Assembly (NCBI RefSeq): GCF_000150275.1
Contig: NW_002060946.1
Span: 5,494,597 to 5,558,596, forward strand
Length of the DNA stretch: 64,000 bases
Source: Trichoplax adhaerens
Taxonomy: Eukaryota > Animalia > Placozoa
Reading direction: 5' to 3'
Part shown: one piece after another, positions 1 to 13,224 of the stretch
Layout: each line of letters begins with the position of its first letter
Numbering within the stretch: position 1 is the first letter of the stretch
Position numbers and translations under genes: made by a program
Notes under the pieces: generated by a model
The model's database searches: none
What the model saw: only the letters and a program-made list of their open reading frames with translations
Told to the model about the DNA's origin: nothing

Positions 1-864
1 ACGATTTAATCCATATTTTTGATTAAATTGTTTGCTAAGACTTTCGCCCTGACGTGTTTTAATGTCCGCAATAACAACCTGTAATCGAAAATCAATTATC
101 AACAATACGCTTAGAGTGATACCGTGAGAGCTGAATCACTTTGTGAAAGTTTACTTTTCTATATCGACTATACTATTAGATGGATGGCATTTGGCGAAAT
201 CTTCCATAAACAATTTTGGATTTAATATGCTATCACTACACAATGAATGGAGGTCAATTTTTCGATGGAAAATGGATTATACGTGTGTATATATTAACAA
301 GAAGATTGTTAGGGTGATATTGCGAGAAGTTCGATCCCTCATCGATGCCATTTTACGTAAGCTCGCTCCCATGAATAATTGATGAGTTCAATTTGTTCTC
401 GCTACCCAATTGATGGAGGTTGAAATTTTTTAATTAATAGCTTTAAGCAAATCATACGTATACCACTGCTTCTACCCTATGGCTTTAATTTACCTCTGCC
501 ATTAGCCTACAATTTGTTCGATATACAGTCTACTATGAACGGGATGAGTATGAGTTAGTGGGCTGAAAACAGTGTTATCACTATTTTAATAGGCTTCCAT
601 TAGTCCAATTGAATTTTAAACATGGTCTAAGAATGAGTTATTGTTTATAGGGGGTTTATAGCTGAAGATAAGAGATATGTTTGATCCATTCACTCAGAGT
701 GGCAAGATTCGATCATCGTCTACAGATCTATAATCTATTTCCAGCAAGTTTTCGCCTACAGATTTACTTACATTTGCTCCTTTCTCTAGTAGTGCGATAC
801 AAAATCTCTCTCCGATGCCTTGACCTCCACCTGTCACAATAGCGACCTTTCCTTCAATTTTCAT
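1..864 (-). CDS. HPGD: 15-hydroxyprostaglandin dehydrogenase-like SDR, paralog 1 (5' part only: exon 1 864-772, exon 2 from 78 running off the window)
   Basis: Exon 1 is 93 nt, MKIEGKVAIVTGGGQGIGERFCIALLEKGAN, with the TGxxxGIG Rossmann motif and a GTAAG donor. Exon 2 follows a CAG acceptor and reads VVIADIKTRQGESLSKQFNQKYGLNR. Exon boundaries match the paralogs at 23297 and 32119. Confidence 0.85.
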
Positions 865-1479
865 AGCTGATCCATACAGTTGCAAAAAGAAATGATATCT
901 CAATTAGCTATCGTATCAAGTTAAATCAATTCAACGCTATTCTAAACAAGAATAGCGACAGTATGACTGATATTATGCATTTCTCAACCCTGTTGATGAG
1001 AGTATCCAATGTAAACATACGTCCACTTTTGCATATCATGTTGATCTCTACGAGTATCTCTACACCGTTATCATGCCCTATGCAATCCTCCATGCTGGTC
1101 TAGCATGGAGTATAATACGATAACTTGGCCATTTGCAGCCAATAAGCCTCAACTTACTGCCGATTGTCGATCCCTGTGGCCGAATGAGTAGTTGAAGAAG
1201 ATTTGGACGATGGAATCTAGACTAGAATCGATGCTTGAGCAACTTGTGGCCAGCCACAGCAGCTTGTGTCTAGGTTACCGTGTCACCCATCTAGGCTGGA
1301 AGGATTCATCATTTGCCCTAGTGTAGCAGACATGTCCGACTAGCCTATACTGTAGTCTATTCCTCGGCCATCATGGTAGTGATATTGAAGCAGCTCCAGT
1401 ATACGACGAGGGAAAGGTCAACCCTCTTGCATGATGACCCCTTGCCTCATTCTAGTCTAGTTTTCATCTTTGTTTACAG

Positions 1480-2000
1480 TCCCGTACTGTACTCACTGCA
1501 GTCTGCTCCACTTTGGTGCAGTACCATAAATTGCCCACGACGGTATGATACCATACGCTCGTTGCAGTAGACCGTATCCCATCCGGTACGGTACGTATGG
1601 GATGGCCTTTACAGTACATTGTACTGTACACGACAGTACTGTACACTGTGCAAAGCGTTGCCACTCACAGGTACCGTACCGTACCGCACTGGACCGTACC
1701 GCACTGGACCGTACCGTGCCGCCTACTCTACAGTGTACGGTACTTCCTGCAACCAGTCGCACTAATCACGAGCAGAAGCAATGTCACTATGACGTAGTAA
1801 GGGCGTGTCTCAATGCCCATTTAATCAGTAACAGGACCATGAACAAGCCAATCGCAATGGGTGACATTGTCTTGATAACTCTACTCCTTGACCATAGTCG
1901 TGTACAGTACTTATCACTGTACACTGTGCTCTACCGTGATACAAAAAGGATTCCGTTCCCAATCCGGTCCTTGCTCAAAAGTACAAAGTTCCGTACTGAG
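1480..2000. repeat. Degenerate GTAC-core pentamer array (GTACT/GTACA/GTACC), including ACCGTACCGCACTGG duplicated near 1673-1715, in the HPGD1/PRELID3 divergent intergenic region
   Basis: Seen directly, e.g. ACAGTACATTGTACTGTACACGACAGTACTGTACACTGTG and GGTACCGTACCGTACCGCACTGGACCGTACCGCACTGGACCGTACCG. Confidence 0.8.
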
Positions 2001-2180
2001 CGGCGGTAGTTAAAGAGGTGTCGACCACAGGCATGCGACAGACTAGTGGAGCGCTCGCGAAAGGAATGTGAGCCGGTCTAAGAATTTATCCAAAGAGATT
2101 CGTCCAGAGATCAAGTTGTTACCTACTGGCTGCAGTTATATCCAAATCAACCTGGTTGTGCCAAGCAACGGAGACTCAAG

Positions 2181-5100
2181 ATGAAATTATTTACTTCAGA
2201 ACATACTTACAAGTGAGTTTGTTGCTACATTCATGTCGTTCGATTATCCCATGTCAATTCTTTCCATTTTTGGTCTAGTAAAACTCGATCAATGCTTACG
2301 AGTTCAATGAGGAAGAAATAGATAGAGTAGTGTCGTTTGTAGTAGTCCAACTCAATCAACTATGGTTGAAAATGCCCTGATTTTATACAGCCATTCTTAA
2401 TGTCATTGATTTCTTATTGGGTAAATGAGCTTGGAAATGGAGTAAAATCTTAAAAGAAAGAATTTCTTTGGCTTTGATTCTCATTTTACTACGACTGTGG
2501 TTGCTGCCCGCCTCTTCATTGAACGGCGGTCACACGTGTTGGTCCACGACGGATGCTGATACTACGACGAGTCTACTCCTACTCTATTGTACTACTGTAC
2601 AAGACCACACACAATACCACACGGTCTGGGTGGAAGGGTAGTCCATATGGAGTCAATCAGTGCGTACTAGTAGAACAGATGCGTTGTTGCGCTGACTTGT
2701 AGTCATGTCATCTCAACACTGCACGACATCCTATAGTAATGCCACTCAACTCCAAGCATGATTGAGGGGAAGAGGTGATTCACAACAACACCGGTAGCAT
2801 TCAGTAACAAGGTGGAAGGAAAAGAAATTTTTTTTTTTCCCTCTACTGATTCATCGCCATCGTCACCATCATGACTGTTCCAATCTTGATTTTCCTCGAT
2901 ATGATAGCCAGTTTACCTTTGATTGAGCTAGTCGATCGAGATTGGATAATAACATGGATGGTTCAAAAAAGAAACAGTACAGTAGTGGAGAGTAGTCAAT
3001 CGGTTGGGATATGATGATGCAATATTAGCAATCCGTATACTGTAGTCCGTACGGGCGGTGGACAACCATCAACAGTTTTGCATCGAGAAAGGATCTCTTC
3101 ACTTCCTTATCCATATCATGTTATCCATCAACTTATTGCAATAGTAACGTCAGTAAACAAGGATGATGAAACTGTAATAACCAATTGATGGTATCATTCT
3201 TGCCTTTCTAGACATCCATGGGAAAAAATTACCCAAGCCATGTGGCTAAAATACCCTAATCCTATCTTGCCCAATGTTTTAGCCGCTGATGTCTTGAAAA
3301 GACAAGTGACGAATGATGGCAAGCTAATCAGTCATCGAGTATTAAGTACCGAATGGTTGGCGTCGCAATGGATAATGAAGGTATCGCAGTAATCGTTAAT
3401 GAAACAACCCTATAAATTACTGACCAGATAAATAGTATTGAATATTTCTTTCTTTCTTATACTCTTGCAATGCACTAGCATGGAATTTATTCCTGGTCGA
3501 TTGATTTTACTCATCATTCTATTCCTTTGCTCTTTCTTTACAGTTATTTGGCTTGACCAATCGATGTTATGTCACCGAGCATACAGAAATTGATCCACGA
3601 AAGAAAGTGATGAAAGTATTATCAAGAAATGTAAGTGTAGCCATGATGCATCATAAAAATGTAGATAAACATCAATTTGCCTCTGAGAGCGTAATATCGT
3701 AAAATAGTCCGTCAAACTTTGAAGGGTAGTCGTAACGAATCATTGGCCATGCAATTTTTTTTTTTTTATGCTTAGCTAAGCTATACGTTATTGTGTGAGA
3801 TAAATATTTTGTTGAGGTATTTGATGTCATTGTGAAAGTAAACGCAAATACTATCAAGACTAATTGATATCGCCCAAATTCATTGATCATCAGCTAACTG
3901 GTAGTACAGTACCTCGTTTATTGCCAATGAACGGCAAAGTTGACCTCATCCATCTTAACAATACTAGTAATTAAGAAATTGATCAACAAGTATTTATTGG
4001 GCTTACTGCCAAGTTAATGAATTGCTAACAAAACATAATGTGGTTTTAATTTTTACACTGTAATGATGATTAGAGCTGATAAAGATTCGGCTATCGGTTT
4101 GAGGCTTTGCGATAATTACCGATATCATAATGTAATCCAATTATTATCGCTTGACCTTACATAGTTTTTTTAATTTCTTAGATATACCCGTATGATAACG
4201 CACATGTAACCAGTATTATAAATCGCTCGACGTTAGTGTAATCATGAAGCAGTAACAATCTCCAACAATTTTAGCTTGCGGCGGTTACTTACTATACCAG
4301 CAATAGTTTTATTGAACAATATGATCATTACTAAAAACGCCACTACTGGACTTCCGCAGTGATCTGTTATGTCAATATTAACGATGTATTACATCATTCA
4401 TCATCACACTCTGCCTTAAATGAACGACTTTACTCAAATTTGCTTGGTATAGGTAACTTATAATTCGCTATGTCAAGTAGAAGAAATTGCAACTTATCAA
4501 CAACATCCGAAAGATGAAAATTTGTAAGTGCACTAAATTTACTCGCTTGTTAGCATCTTGGATAATGTTAAAAGTTTGACGAGTGGACAAGCTTTACGTG
4601 AAATTCAACGATGTAGCCGTAATAATATATGTAGTAGCTTTTCGAAAAGTGTAATCCTATTTCTATAAAATTTTCATAATATCTTATTAAATCATGATTC
4701 ATTCAATTTATCGAATACACAAACGTGGTTTATCATAACATGACGGTATCTTACTGTTTAGCAAGTCAATAATCTTACCAATATAGCAGATTGATTCGGT
4801 ATAATAGTAATATCTTAAACATTTTGTTGACTTTTTGAGTCCTCTTGCTTTGCATCATGCAATATTCGGTATAAAACAGATTGAAATTGAAAGATAGTAA
4901 CAAACATAACTTGAAATAAGGGCATAAAGAGTACATTCCAATATAAGATATGTAGCCATTCTGACTAAGCTGAATGCTACGAAAATTATCTCACTAAATG
5001 AACGACAACTATTTAGTTTAGATACTGTTGAGATTTTATAGACTATAACTAATCTCTAGGCCATTCGAGCCTGTTAAAATGTTTGTCGTTATCTTGAACT

Positions 5101-5475
5101 CTTTCTGATTACACATACTTAATCGTTGATATCGAAAATGTTGACTCGCTATTATTCTAAATTTATAGAACGTTAGTTACCCAGGAAGCAAGAATTGTAG
5201 TGTATGGTATTTCTGGTTTATTTGAAAATTTAGTCGCGGGAACATTTCCGGATAATGTAGCAAAGGTAAATTAACTCATATTAACATTAAGAATTTCTAC
5301 ATTGACAGTACATATGCAAGTATACATTATTAAATTATGCACCTGTAACCGATACGCGTACTCCTTCATTTAGTAATAATATGGATTGTTCTTTATCCTG
5401 GTTTAGGGCCGACAAGCTATGGAACATGTTGTTGCTTCAATCGCGTCTACTACAGCTGACGCTGAACTTTCATAG
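2181..5475 (+). CDS. PRELID3B: PRELI-domain mitochondrial intermembrane-space lipid transfer protein (PRELID3/SLMO2/Ups2-like). Exons 2181-2212, 3212-3380, 3544-3630, 4453-4523, 5169-5265, 5407-5475
   Basis: Spliced protein MKLFTSEHTYKHPWEKITQAMWLKYPNPILPNVLAADVLKRQV...GKLISHRVLSTEW...TLVTQEARIVV...KGRQAMEHVV. The SEH..HPW..KYPNP and KGR.AME motifs are typical of SLMO2. All introns are GT-AG and phases are consistent. Confidence 0.92.
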
Positions 5476-6833
5476 TTATGCATTACTTATCAATTGTTAG
5501 TAATTTAATGAAAGAAATAGTTAATGTAAATGGTTTGTAAAGAAAGAGACGTATTTGATAGAAAGATCAATCCAAATTTGCAACTTTAACTTAAACCTAT
5601 AAAATTATATCTTCGAATATTGTCTATCGTCTGCTTTGGCGTTCAAAATATGCGGTTATACTGCACCTTAATGATCATGTTAATTAATTATAAATATATA
5701 TATATGACAATATACATACATATATATATATATATATTTATATGTATTCAATACTGATATATACATTTTTTGAAATTGATCTTTCAACTATTAATTGAGT
5801 AATCTAATATAATTCGTGTTGTTAAATTTTCTATCCATTACAATTTATTTTATTCTATTGTTTTTGAGATAAAGTAATATGCTATATGGTATCGTTTTAG
5901 TATCAATTTATGTCTGTGTCGCAGTGCATTTATTTTGTGTTGGTATAGTATTTACTATACTCATGATTTACATGTCATCAATGAAAATTTAAAAGTAACG
6001 CTACAGATAACCTTTTAGCTGCATATTTTGTCTGTTCTCAGAATTTTATATTATATTAATTTGTAACAATCAATTCAAATAAAATTTTGCTCGCATAAAT
6101 GTACCTGTCAATGTATCATGCTTACTAGGATAGAATATGAAGTGATAATATTGCATGGCTTAAATATGTGCAAATTGATTATGACGATGCATATTTATAA
6201 TTATATGTTATTTATCATACAAGTAATTCAAGAAATGCCTACCATAACAAGACTAGGAGCAAGAAGTGCTAAATATTTGTAAATTTGAAAATATTCTTGA
6301 ATATTTTGAACACCAGCGATGCAACAATTCATGCTTGCACATTAGATGCATAGCTCGATCACAACCAGTGGCTATCATTTTAACATACCATTTCTACGCG
6401 AATAATTGACCAAAGACCGTGTAATATATATATATTTATTACGTGAGTAAAATAAGTTATACCACAAGTTTCTATAAATTGAGCTTTCATGATCAGTGAT
6501 GATATGGTGGGCGCCGTCTAGCCATCATATCATACACAATTATGCATGAATATAATGAAACAGCTATATGGACATAAAAAAGTTATGTAAGCAGAAATTT
6601 AAGGAAGCCGAATAGGCAAATATTTATTATAATTATACAGTATTTCTTCGGTATATGCAACAACATCTTTAAAGCCTGTACAGTGAAGAAGCAACTAATT
6701 ATATTTTAATGACACGTTAATTATTGTTAATGTAATTGTAAGAAATAATAAAGCAAGCACGAAAATCATTGAGCTACAATTATCAGTACAATTTACTTTA
6801 TGGCGATAATAATTAGAATCGTTACAACGCTAT

Positions 6834-9800
6834 TCATGTACGCAGCGAGCGTCTTTTAGCGAAATTAGGTGAATACGGTACTGTCAAAGGCTTATCACTT
6901 CCTTGGAGGTGAACGCTTTTATAATGATGAACAGGATTAGCTTTATGCGTCATTTGCTTTCTTAATGCCATTACTTCTTTCCTTTCACGCTCTTCCAATT
7001 CTATCTTTTTCTGTTCTTCAATCATTTGCTTAAATTCTTCCTTTGATTTTAATTCTTCTTTAAACTTTTGTCGCTCTTCTACTCTCTCTTCAGTATTCAA
7101 TTTGAATCCAGTTACATCTGTTAGCGGTTTGGATGATCTTCTAGGTTCAAATGGTTTATTAAAGGTTACTACATTCGGACGAGCTTTAAAATTTTGAGAT
7201 TCCTTTTCAATTTTTTGTTCTTCCTCAAGCTATTTCAAGTGAGACAATAATTATACTTAAGAAAAATAGTAGTCGATGATTGCAAGACAGTTTAAAGTAA
7301 CCGATGTAATCGTTCTATTAAAGAATACACGTCTAAGGGAAGAGTTTTACTGTAGAATCGGTAGCTATCTTAATGTTTTGGCTTTTATCTCAATAAACAT
7401 ATATCAATCCTATAACAATACATGCTTGAAAACTGAATTCATTTATGTTATACTTTTAACTAAATAATATCGTAAAATTGCTATCAGTCAAACTTTGAAA
7501 GTTTACTTTTCAGCGCTGATCTCTTCTCGAGTGAAGAAAATTTACTACAGACTTCAAATTTATGAACGTAATAGCGCAATATTTCCGTATTGTGTTTCTT
7601 AAAGTTTATCTATACCTATTTGACTATATTTCATTCATTTACATAGGTGATAAAAAAAATATCTAGAATCATTCAAAATGATATTTTTATAATACCACTT
7701 AGAACTATCGGTTGCTATTATACCTTCTCTTGTTGCTTTTGAAGTTTTTCTTCTCGAACTTTGAGACCAGGCATAGCAAATGGTTCCGGTTTTGTTGGTG
7801 AGATGGGCTTCTTTTCTGGTAATTCAATGTTATCCGCCGGAATTGGTCGAGCTTTAAAGATATATGGCTGCAAAGAATTTACAAAATGACAAGTTAATAC
7901 CACCGCAATACTCATCCGTGGTTGCTGTCAGATACGTTATAAACAGTTTAGCAGTGCATATAATCATCAACTAATTCTACTAAGCAACATATTAGGCTGA
8001 TAAAATTGTACCTCTTCGGATGGCATTTCAAGCAACTTTTGTTGATAAATTGCATGGCGCTGTTTACCCATTAATGCTGGTGACTGTGGAATGGTCAAAG
8101 GCACTTGTTCTATTCTCTTCACTCCCTAGGAAATTATAACATAATCATTAATTAAAGTGTAGTTTGTGGAATAGATTACTTAGCAATGCCATTACTTTCC
8201 ATTAATAAATATGAACGAAAACTGCTATCATTCTCACCGTTACTCCATCTAAAATTTTAGCAGGTATGGGCTGAGCTTTAAAGCGTTTACATTCAGCTTC
8301 TTTTTCATCGTTTTCTTTAGACTTTTCACTATTGGATGATCGTCTTTTATCGGAGTGAAATTTAAATCCAATCGGTTTAGTAGTGCAGGCAGTAGCTTTA
8401 TTTTTAATCCCACTAGTACTACTGTTTTCAAACATTTTTGGATCGAATGGTCTTGCTTTAAATTTGTGTCTATAAAAATAAAGCATAATAACTAATCACA
8501 TAAGCGTACCACTGATAGTTATATAACGTAAATTTTCCAATAAATCGCAGCGTAGTAAAGTTTAATTACTAAATTTGCTCATATTCGATGTTTAATTGTG
8601 CGCATAATAGCCTCATCTTGAAGTAGATATTTGATAAACAATGCACGTCTACTTATCTCAAAAGAATAAATCAACTAGCAATTTACGGTCTAAAATTAGG
8701 CTTTGAATTAATAACATACTTCTTTATTTCCTCAGCTTCTTTCTCTTCCATTTCTTTATAGCTTAAAACTTTTTCCCGACTGCTACGCGAGCGTTGACTG
8801 GTCTTTAGCATTGGTGACTTTGGACAGGTCGCTCGAGCACGTTGATTTTCATGATGTTCTGATTGTCCAGAATTTTGCTTAGGAGTGGATTGACCACGGA
8901 AACGTTTTGGTGTACCATTTTGATAATGGTTGACTAATTCGGCCATTGGGATGTAGGGCGCTTGAACTTGGTTGTCAGCATCTTCTTCAGCTTTTCTTTT
9001 CCTCGATGCAGTTGCAAAAGTGAACGGTTGTACACCTTTAGGTCCAGTAACTGATGGAGCATTTTTCTGTTGTATATAAAAATTTTAACAGTAGGTGATG
9101 ATAGAACATCGAAGAAATAAAAAATATACAATACAACTACCATTAATAAACGTCCATCTTTTGCTAACAAAGCATTATCATAATAATAACCATGCTCAGA
9201 TGCTTACACTTGCAACAGTATTTTTCCGCAATTGCCGCGCAAAATCGAAGGCAGCAAGTTCACCAACATCATTGCCATCGCTACGCAAAGTCATTGAATG
9301 TTCTTTCTTGCGCTTGGATAAAACTTGATCCGTATGAAATCGCAATTGTACAGGTTGTGTTAATTCCTTACTGGATCTCAGCGGCATATATGGTGAGGCT
9401 TGCAATGCTTTCGTTTTGAATGTTTCATTTTTTTTGCTTAATTCATGAATTCGCTTGCGTTCATTTGCAATCCTTTCCAGTTGCATTTCTTCAGTTGATT
9501 TTTTAGATTCACTTAAGGGACGCTTAACTTGGGAACGTCTAGTTACAATATTGATGAATAATTTAGATAATTAGCGATACCAATCAATTTTGCTATTAGT
9601 TAAATTGAATTCTTTCCTATTGGTCTATTTTGCAGTATGTTTATAAATTGTAAATCCGTGCGTGTATATCGGCATGTATTGACTTTATAAAATGACTGTA
9701 TGAATTTAAATCTGTTATTAAATTTATTCAGTGCACTACTGGAATGTTTGTATCTAATGCAACAGTGCACTAAGATCGGCTGTAACCACGAAGATACTTT

Positions 9801-11648
9801 TTAATTGAATGTCTAAATGGCTATAGCAGTAATATTACACCTTGATATGTATTTCATTTATGCCGCCATTGTTTTTATTCGATAACGTCATAGATGCTAT
9901 ACTATGCAATAGCATTAAACTAATTTAATGTGTGCAATCACTGTCACATACAGGACGGAAATTATACCATCTACGTGTCATAATTCAACATAAACTTCTT
10001 CACCATACGCAAAATCTAATATGACTTAACTTAAAATCGAATAGCATAGTGCCTACTAATAACTAAGGTAATCTAATTTGTATCTAGTGGTGAATCAACC
10101 GCAATACCGAGATCAAGTAGGATTGCTATTTATTCCCTAATATTTTACAATTTAGAAATTCGATACCCAAGTTTATTCATCCTACAGCGCTTACACTACT
10201 AAGCTAAGATAATTCACTGCATTTTGATACGATATTAGATAGTAATAGTGTTGGGATGATATAGTGTCGTCGTTTACTAACAGTAATCGATCTACAAAGT
10301 TTAAAAATTAGAACAAATGAACCATGCAAATGTCTCCTGTACAAGTAGTTTGATTGATCATGATAAGAGTTAATTTTATTTGTCTCCATTTACACTGACT
10401 GAATTTTCTATAAATTAGATTTGCTATAGGCTGAAACTTGCGTTCAAAGTTACAATTTTTTCAAGGATAAACTTACCTAACAAAGGAAGGAGTATTGGGT
10501 ACAGTTAACTGCGTTGATTTCTTCTTAGCCGAAGTAGGTTTTCTCGAAGGACCATCCGATCTTCTTGAATTAGCTTTAGGCGTTACATTGCGTGAAGCAC
10601 CAGTACCAATCCGATTAGGAACGCTTCGTCTAACCGGCTTGACTATTTTCCTGCACAGTCAAAATAGGAAAGCATGTTTAATTGTTATACCATCCTGTAC
10701 TGAGAGAAATGCTATCATGCCTTTCTTGAAATGTAGAAATAGAAAATAATATCTAGACCAATGTTGAAACAACATGATAACCTCTTCAGGTCTTTCTTAA
10801 CAGCAGGTGAAGGTTTCTTGTCAGATTGATCAGTTTGTTGACTGCCTATATTCCATGATGTACGTAGATTACTTGGCACTTCTTGTTGGTCGTTGACAAC
10901 ACAACCCCATAAACTTTTAAAATTAGTCGATTCCTGGTTTTGAGTTGTTTTAGCATGATCCTCCTCGGCGGGGGTAGCTTCAACGGCTTCTTCTTTTTCT
11001 TGTATAAACTGGGCGGTAGATTCTTTCTTGTCTTGTTCTTGCGCTTGTGTGAGTGGTTGTTCTGCATTATCATTCGCTATCTCGGCTACATTGGAGACAT
11101 TTTCTTTATTGCTACTATCTTCATCCTCTAAGAATCCGCTATTGAATGGTTTGTGATCATCGTCTTCAATATGATTGTCTAAAAATAATATCAACAGGTA
11201 TAGTTTAAAGCAATGAACTGATCTCGATAGCATATATAGCTCCAATGTGTCGAGGTTGGACACATCTCATGCGATGATTTGTTCATCCTGATTGGATTTG
11301 TAATTAATTCGTGATTTAATAGTAAGAACTGATACTTAATTAGTTTGATGTGATGGAGCGTTACTTTGCACTATAGACAAATCTACTTTACTTCTCGACT
11401 CTCTTAGTCACTGTTATTTGCCACTACTTTTAATCGCAAGTATCACTAGCGGACTACAGCATACTACAGTCGATGATGGCATGGAATTTATCCACGCCAG
11501 CGATATGAATCAATATCCATTTATAGTACAACTTACCAAACCAAAGATCGGCGCTTTCTTCGTCATGTGAAGGTTGAGTAAAATCAATAAATTTAGGAGC
11601 ATTATACTCATAGCTTGGATCGATATCGCAATCGGCCATTCTTTCCAT
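6834..11648 (-). CDS. TPX2: TPX2 spindle assembly factor, about 9 exons (approx. 11648-11537, 11178-10782, 10650-10477, 9538-9207, 9068-8720, 8470-8238, 8126-8012, 7868-7724, 7229-6834)
   Basis: N-terminal Aurora-A-binding segment YEYNAPKFIDF...DLWF, repeated FKARP/FKAQP motifs, TPKRFR and PKSP motifs, and the C-terminal HKANPVHHYK...SDKPLTVPYSPNF that matches the TPX2 tail. Some internal boundaries are approximate. Confidence 0.92.
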
Positions 11649-13224
11649 TTTGCTTCTAACTCTCGCTATGTTGCAAGATCAGATTACTTCAAGACAAGAA
11701 TACGACGCAGAAATTCAAAAATAAAACCAAGAAAAGAAGAATGTTAACGATGTCTAGTTAGTCGGCAAGTTATGCCGTTTTAATTTGCTCTAGTCTGCTT
11801 TAGATTGCAGAGATTGGAATCGATTTTGAAATATATCCACCTGAGGTAAATCTTAATCGGTTTTGTAAACACTGTGCAAATGGGTGTTCCAACTAAGGGG
11901 ACTGATCGTATAGTAAACGCTATCGCATGCAGTCTTGTATAAGTAAGCCAGTACAAGAATGACTAGGAATGGAGTGATCGGATGGAGCTCCTCTCCTTTA
12001 GTTTAAATTTTAAATCTACGGTCACATGACGTCGATAGACCAATAGATTGAAGACGAGCTAACCGTCATTCCTGACTACAGTGCCCTATGGCAGTACAGT
12101 ACCTGCTACTGTACACTCTACAGTACTGTCATGATACTCTAGACAGCATTGCATTGTGGGACATATTCTGCTTCTCAACTTTTTAGCAGAGGCTCTGCCA
12201 AAAATCGACAGTCTAATTATTTTACTAGTCATTTCAACTATATTGCACATCTACAACGGTACACTATACTGTCCGCGATCAACCAGCAAATGAGCTGCAG
12301 AGAGCCTTAACAAGTGGACAGTAGAGTCCTTAAATGGAGTAAAAACACAACCCCAACCCGATCAACCCGATCAAACTGGTGATTTTCGAAGCCGAAATGA
12401 GTACCATTGCTATATAAACACTGTATTACCATAGAAATTCATTCTTAACCCGAATTCCCCCCTCAAGTCGGCTTCGAGGAGGGTTTTGCGTTGACTTGAA
12501 CGACACTGGTGTACAGTGTACTGTATAGAACTACTGTACAAACATAGTACTTGGGGCCAGTGCGGGTCGTTAGCAAAAAGGATGTCACCGTATGGTAGTA
12601 GATGAAGTAATAAAAAACTATGGCTATGGGTGACATTGTTTCTCGCACCCCCTGTGCTCTATCCTCTATGCTAGGGTACCAGCTATGGTACTCGTTAAAT
12701 TAGTAAGGAAGTGTATAAGAGGAACGATGATGGTGTGGTTTCAGTATCACCGATTGCATTCCAGCTCGAGTCGGTGCACCGCTAGGCTAAATTACGCAAT
12801 GGATTACTATAGCCCATGGCTACAGCATGGTAGAGTAGACTACATGGAGATGGGCTACTTTTGACAGAGCTACTTTACTATCCAAATTCCGCTACTCAAT
12901 ATGATGTCACCTCTAACCTATCCTTTCTTATGGATAATAAGGACATTATTTTTGCTCGTGGTGGGCTTGAAAGCCCCATTAGACTCGGCTGGATACGAGC
13001 TAGCAAATGCTATCAAGATTGGATGGTTATAAAGACGAATCGCTAATTCTGTCCATGATTTTCCAATGATTGCTTCAAATTAGAGTAGTATAGCACGTCT
13101 TAATAGCTCATTATAGAGATTGATAGTCATGAATGATGAGATTTATCATTGATGGTATCATACTGTTGCCATTAAACTGCAGTAATCGACTGTACAAGTG
13201 TATACTGCAATAACCATCACTATC
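11649..13224. promoter_or_regulatory. Putative bidirectional promoter region for TPX2 and the NERD1-like gene
   Basis: Start codons are head-to-head about 1.6 kb apart. GTAC/ACTGTA clusters lie at ~12075-12130 and ~12505-12550, a CRE-like TGACGTC at ~12027, CCAAT at ~12040 and TTTGAA at ~11825. Confidence 0.55.

Noticed and set aside
1373-2009. Several overlapping ORFs on both strands (up to 154 aa)
   Set aside because: They arise from stop-poor GTAC pentamer repeats, giving low-complexity V/T/Y/C/R peptides with no recognisable family.
12300-12500. Hairpin and a CCTTAAA...GAGTAA segment reminiscent of U12 snRNA
   Set aside because: It lacks the conserved branch-point-pairing sequence and an Sm site. 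An Rfam scan would be needed to support any ncRNA here.
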